From contig JBNMOZ010000092.1 of the NCBI GenBank assembly GCA_051276005.1, positions 1 to 12,901 on the forward strand: 12,901 bases of DNA, read 5' to 3'. The notes beneath the pieces were generated by a model. That model saw nothing but the letters and a program-made list of their open reading frames with translations, ran no database searches and was not told where the DNA came from. Positions within the stretch are counted from its first letter, which is position 1, and every line of letters begins with the position of its first letter. The translations under genes were made by a program, and so were the position numbers. Shown here one piece after another: positions 12,210 through 12,901 of this stretch. The DNA is from Bradymonadia bacterium. GTDB taxonomy: Bacteria; Myxococcota_A; Bradymonadia; UBA7976; UBA1532.

Positions 12210-12901
12210 GGGTCACCCTTGGCGACGTCCTTGAGCGCGTCGAGTCGCCCCAGGTGCAGGATGCGCGAGCCCGTCGGCGCCACCGGGTCGGTGCTCTTGC
12301 CGATCACCACGCCCCGCAGCGGCGCCGTGTATGTATGCACCGGATCGCCAAAGATGTTGGTGAGCCGGGCGATGGCCTCGCCCTCTTCGACCACTGCGCC
12401 CACGTCGGGCAGCACCGTGAGCAGCCCGCCATGCTGGGTGTACATCCACGCGCTGCTGCGGCAGACGAGGGGGTCGGGCACCTCAGCCGGCTTGCGGCGC
12501 GGGATGATCTTCTCGGCGGCCAGGACGGCGCGAATACCGGCCAGCGCGCGCCGCACGAACCGCGGCTGAAACAGCTGGGGATCGCCGATCTCGAGGGTGA
12601 TCGCGTGCAGCCCCATCGCACAGGCGGCGCCGCGCAGCGTGCCGTCGGTCGGCGGGTCGTGCAGGATCACCAGCGGGCGCTGCAGCCGGGCCATGCGGGC
12701 GGTGGTCGGATCGCCCATATCGGCGCGCACATACATGCAGTTGACGCGACCCGCGCTCGCGGTGTGCAGGTCGAAGAGGAAGTCGCCCTTGCGCACGATG
12801 CGCTCGATGAACCGCGCCGCGTAGCTGTCGGCCTCGTCACCGTCGGCGCGCCCAGGCATGCGGTGGTTGAGGTCGGCCCGCTCGGTGAACATGCGTCGGC
12901 G
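12206..12901 (-). CDS. Succinylglutamate desuccinylase/aspartoacylase (AstE/AspA) family zinc deacylase; N-terminus lies beyond the right edge
   Basis: The frame stays open upstream of the track's Met at 12892, reading RRR-MFTERADLNHRMPG through to 12901. The DLNR.(F/M)PG-type motif, DLHTA (a zinc-ligand His) and ITLEIG (catalytic Glu) are present. The N-terminal H..E zinc motif expected about 60-90 aa earlier is missing, so the gene is truncated by the window. Confidence 0.85.
   Translation of the reverse strand, partial: RRRMFTERADLNHRMPGRADGDEADSYAARFIERIVRKGDFLFDLHTASAGRVNCMYVRADMGDPTTARMARLQRPLVILHDPPTDGTLRGAACAMGLHAITLEIGDPQLFQPRFVRRALAGIRAVLAAEKIIPRRKPAEVPDPLVCRSSAWMYTQHGGLLTVLPDVGAVVEEGEAIARLTNIFGDPVHTYTAPLRGVVIGKSTDPVAPTGSRILHLGRLDALKDVAKGDP

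Noticed and set aside
1-12901. Search for mobile-element, prophage or defence-island hallmarks: integrase or transposase ORFs, terminal inverted repeats, tRNA targets, compositional shift
   Set aside because: None was seen. Composition and codon bias are uniform apart from the about 75-bp promoter island, and every gene has a housekeeping-like or lineage-typical character. I therefore do not claim a defence or mobile system here.

Overview
This is a very GC-rich, gene-dense bacterial chromosomal window, with nearly every third codon position G or C. I support nine protein-coding genes, eight of them on the minus strand.

Minus-strand string from 8099 down to 1:
- A single ORF fusing Maf to YggS.
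- proC.
- divIVA.
- A membrane-anchored HExxH (MA-type) metallopeptidase.
- After a 158-nt spacer, a cytoplasmic TPR protein of more than 1434 codons that runs off the left edge.

The first four are joined by a 10-nt gap, a 4-nt overlap and a 3-nt gap.

Remaining genes:
- A stand-alone dienelactone-hydrolase-family gene on the minus strand.
- A short AT-rich divergent promoter island.
- A plus-strand secreted or lipoprotein gene, with a 15-bp tandem repeat, four Cys-rich DxDxDG-type modules and a seven-bladed RCC1-like propeller.
- A convergent, ATGA-overlapped pair: a GshB/RimK-type ATP-grasp ligase and an AstE/AspA-family zinc deacylase. The deacylase is truncated at the right edge.

The domain repertoire suggests a Myxococcota/Bradymonadia-like organism, but this is inference only.

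I saw no rRNA, tRNA, CRISPR array, transposase, integrase or recognisable defence gene. The region looks like core chromosome rather than an accessory island.

Two cautions about the ORF track:
- It omits the largest gene (1..4302, minus), because that ORF has no stop codon inside the window.
- Many of its long ORFs are antisense or off-frame shadows typical of high-GC DNA.

The most unusual items are the Maf::YggS fusion, the remodelled ylm-like division cluster ending in a peptidase and a giant TPR protein, the ligase/deacylase pair, and the disulfide-patterned RCC1 lipoprotein. None can be called a new system from sequence alone.
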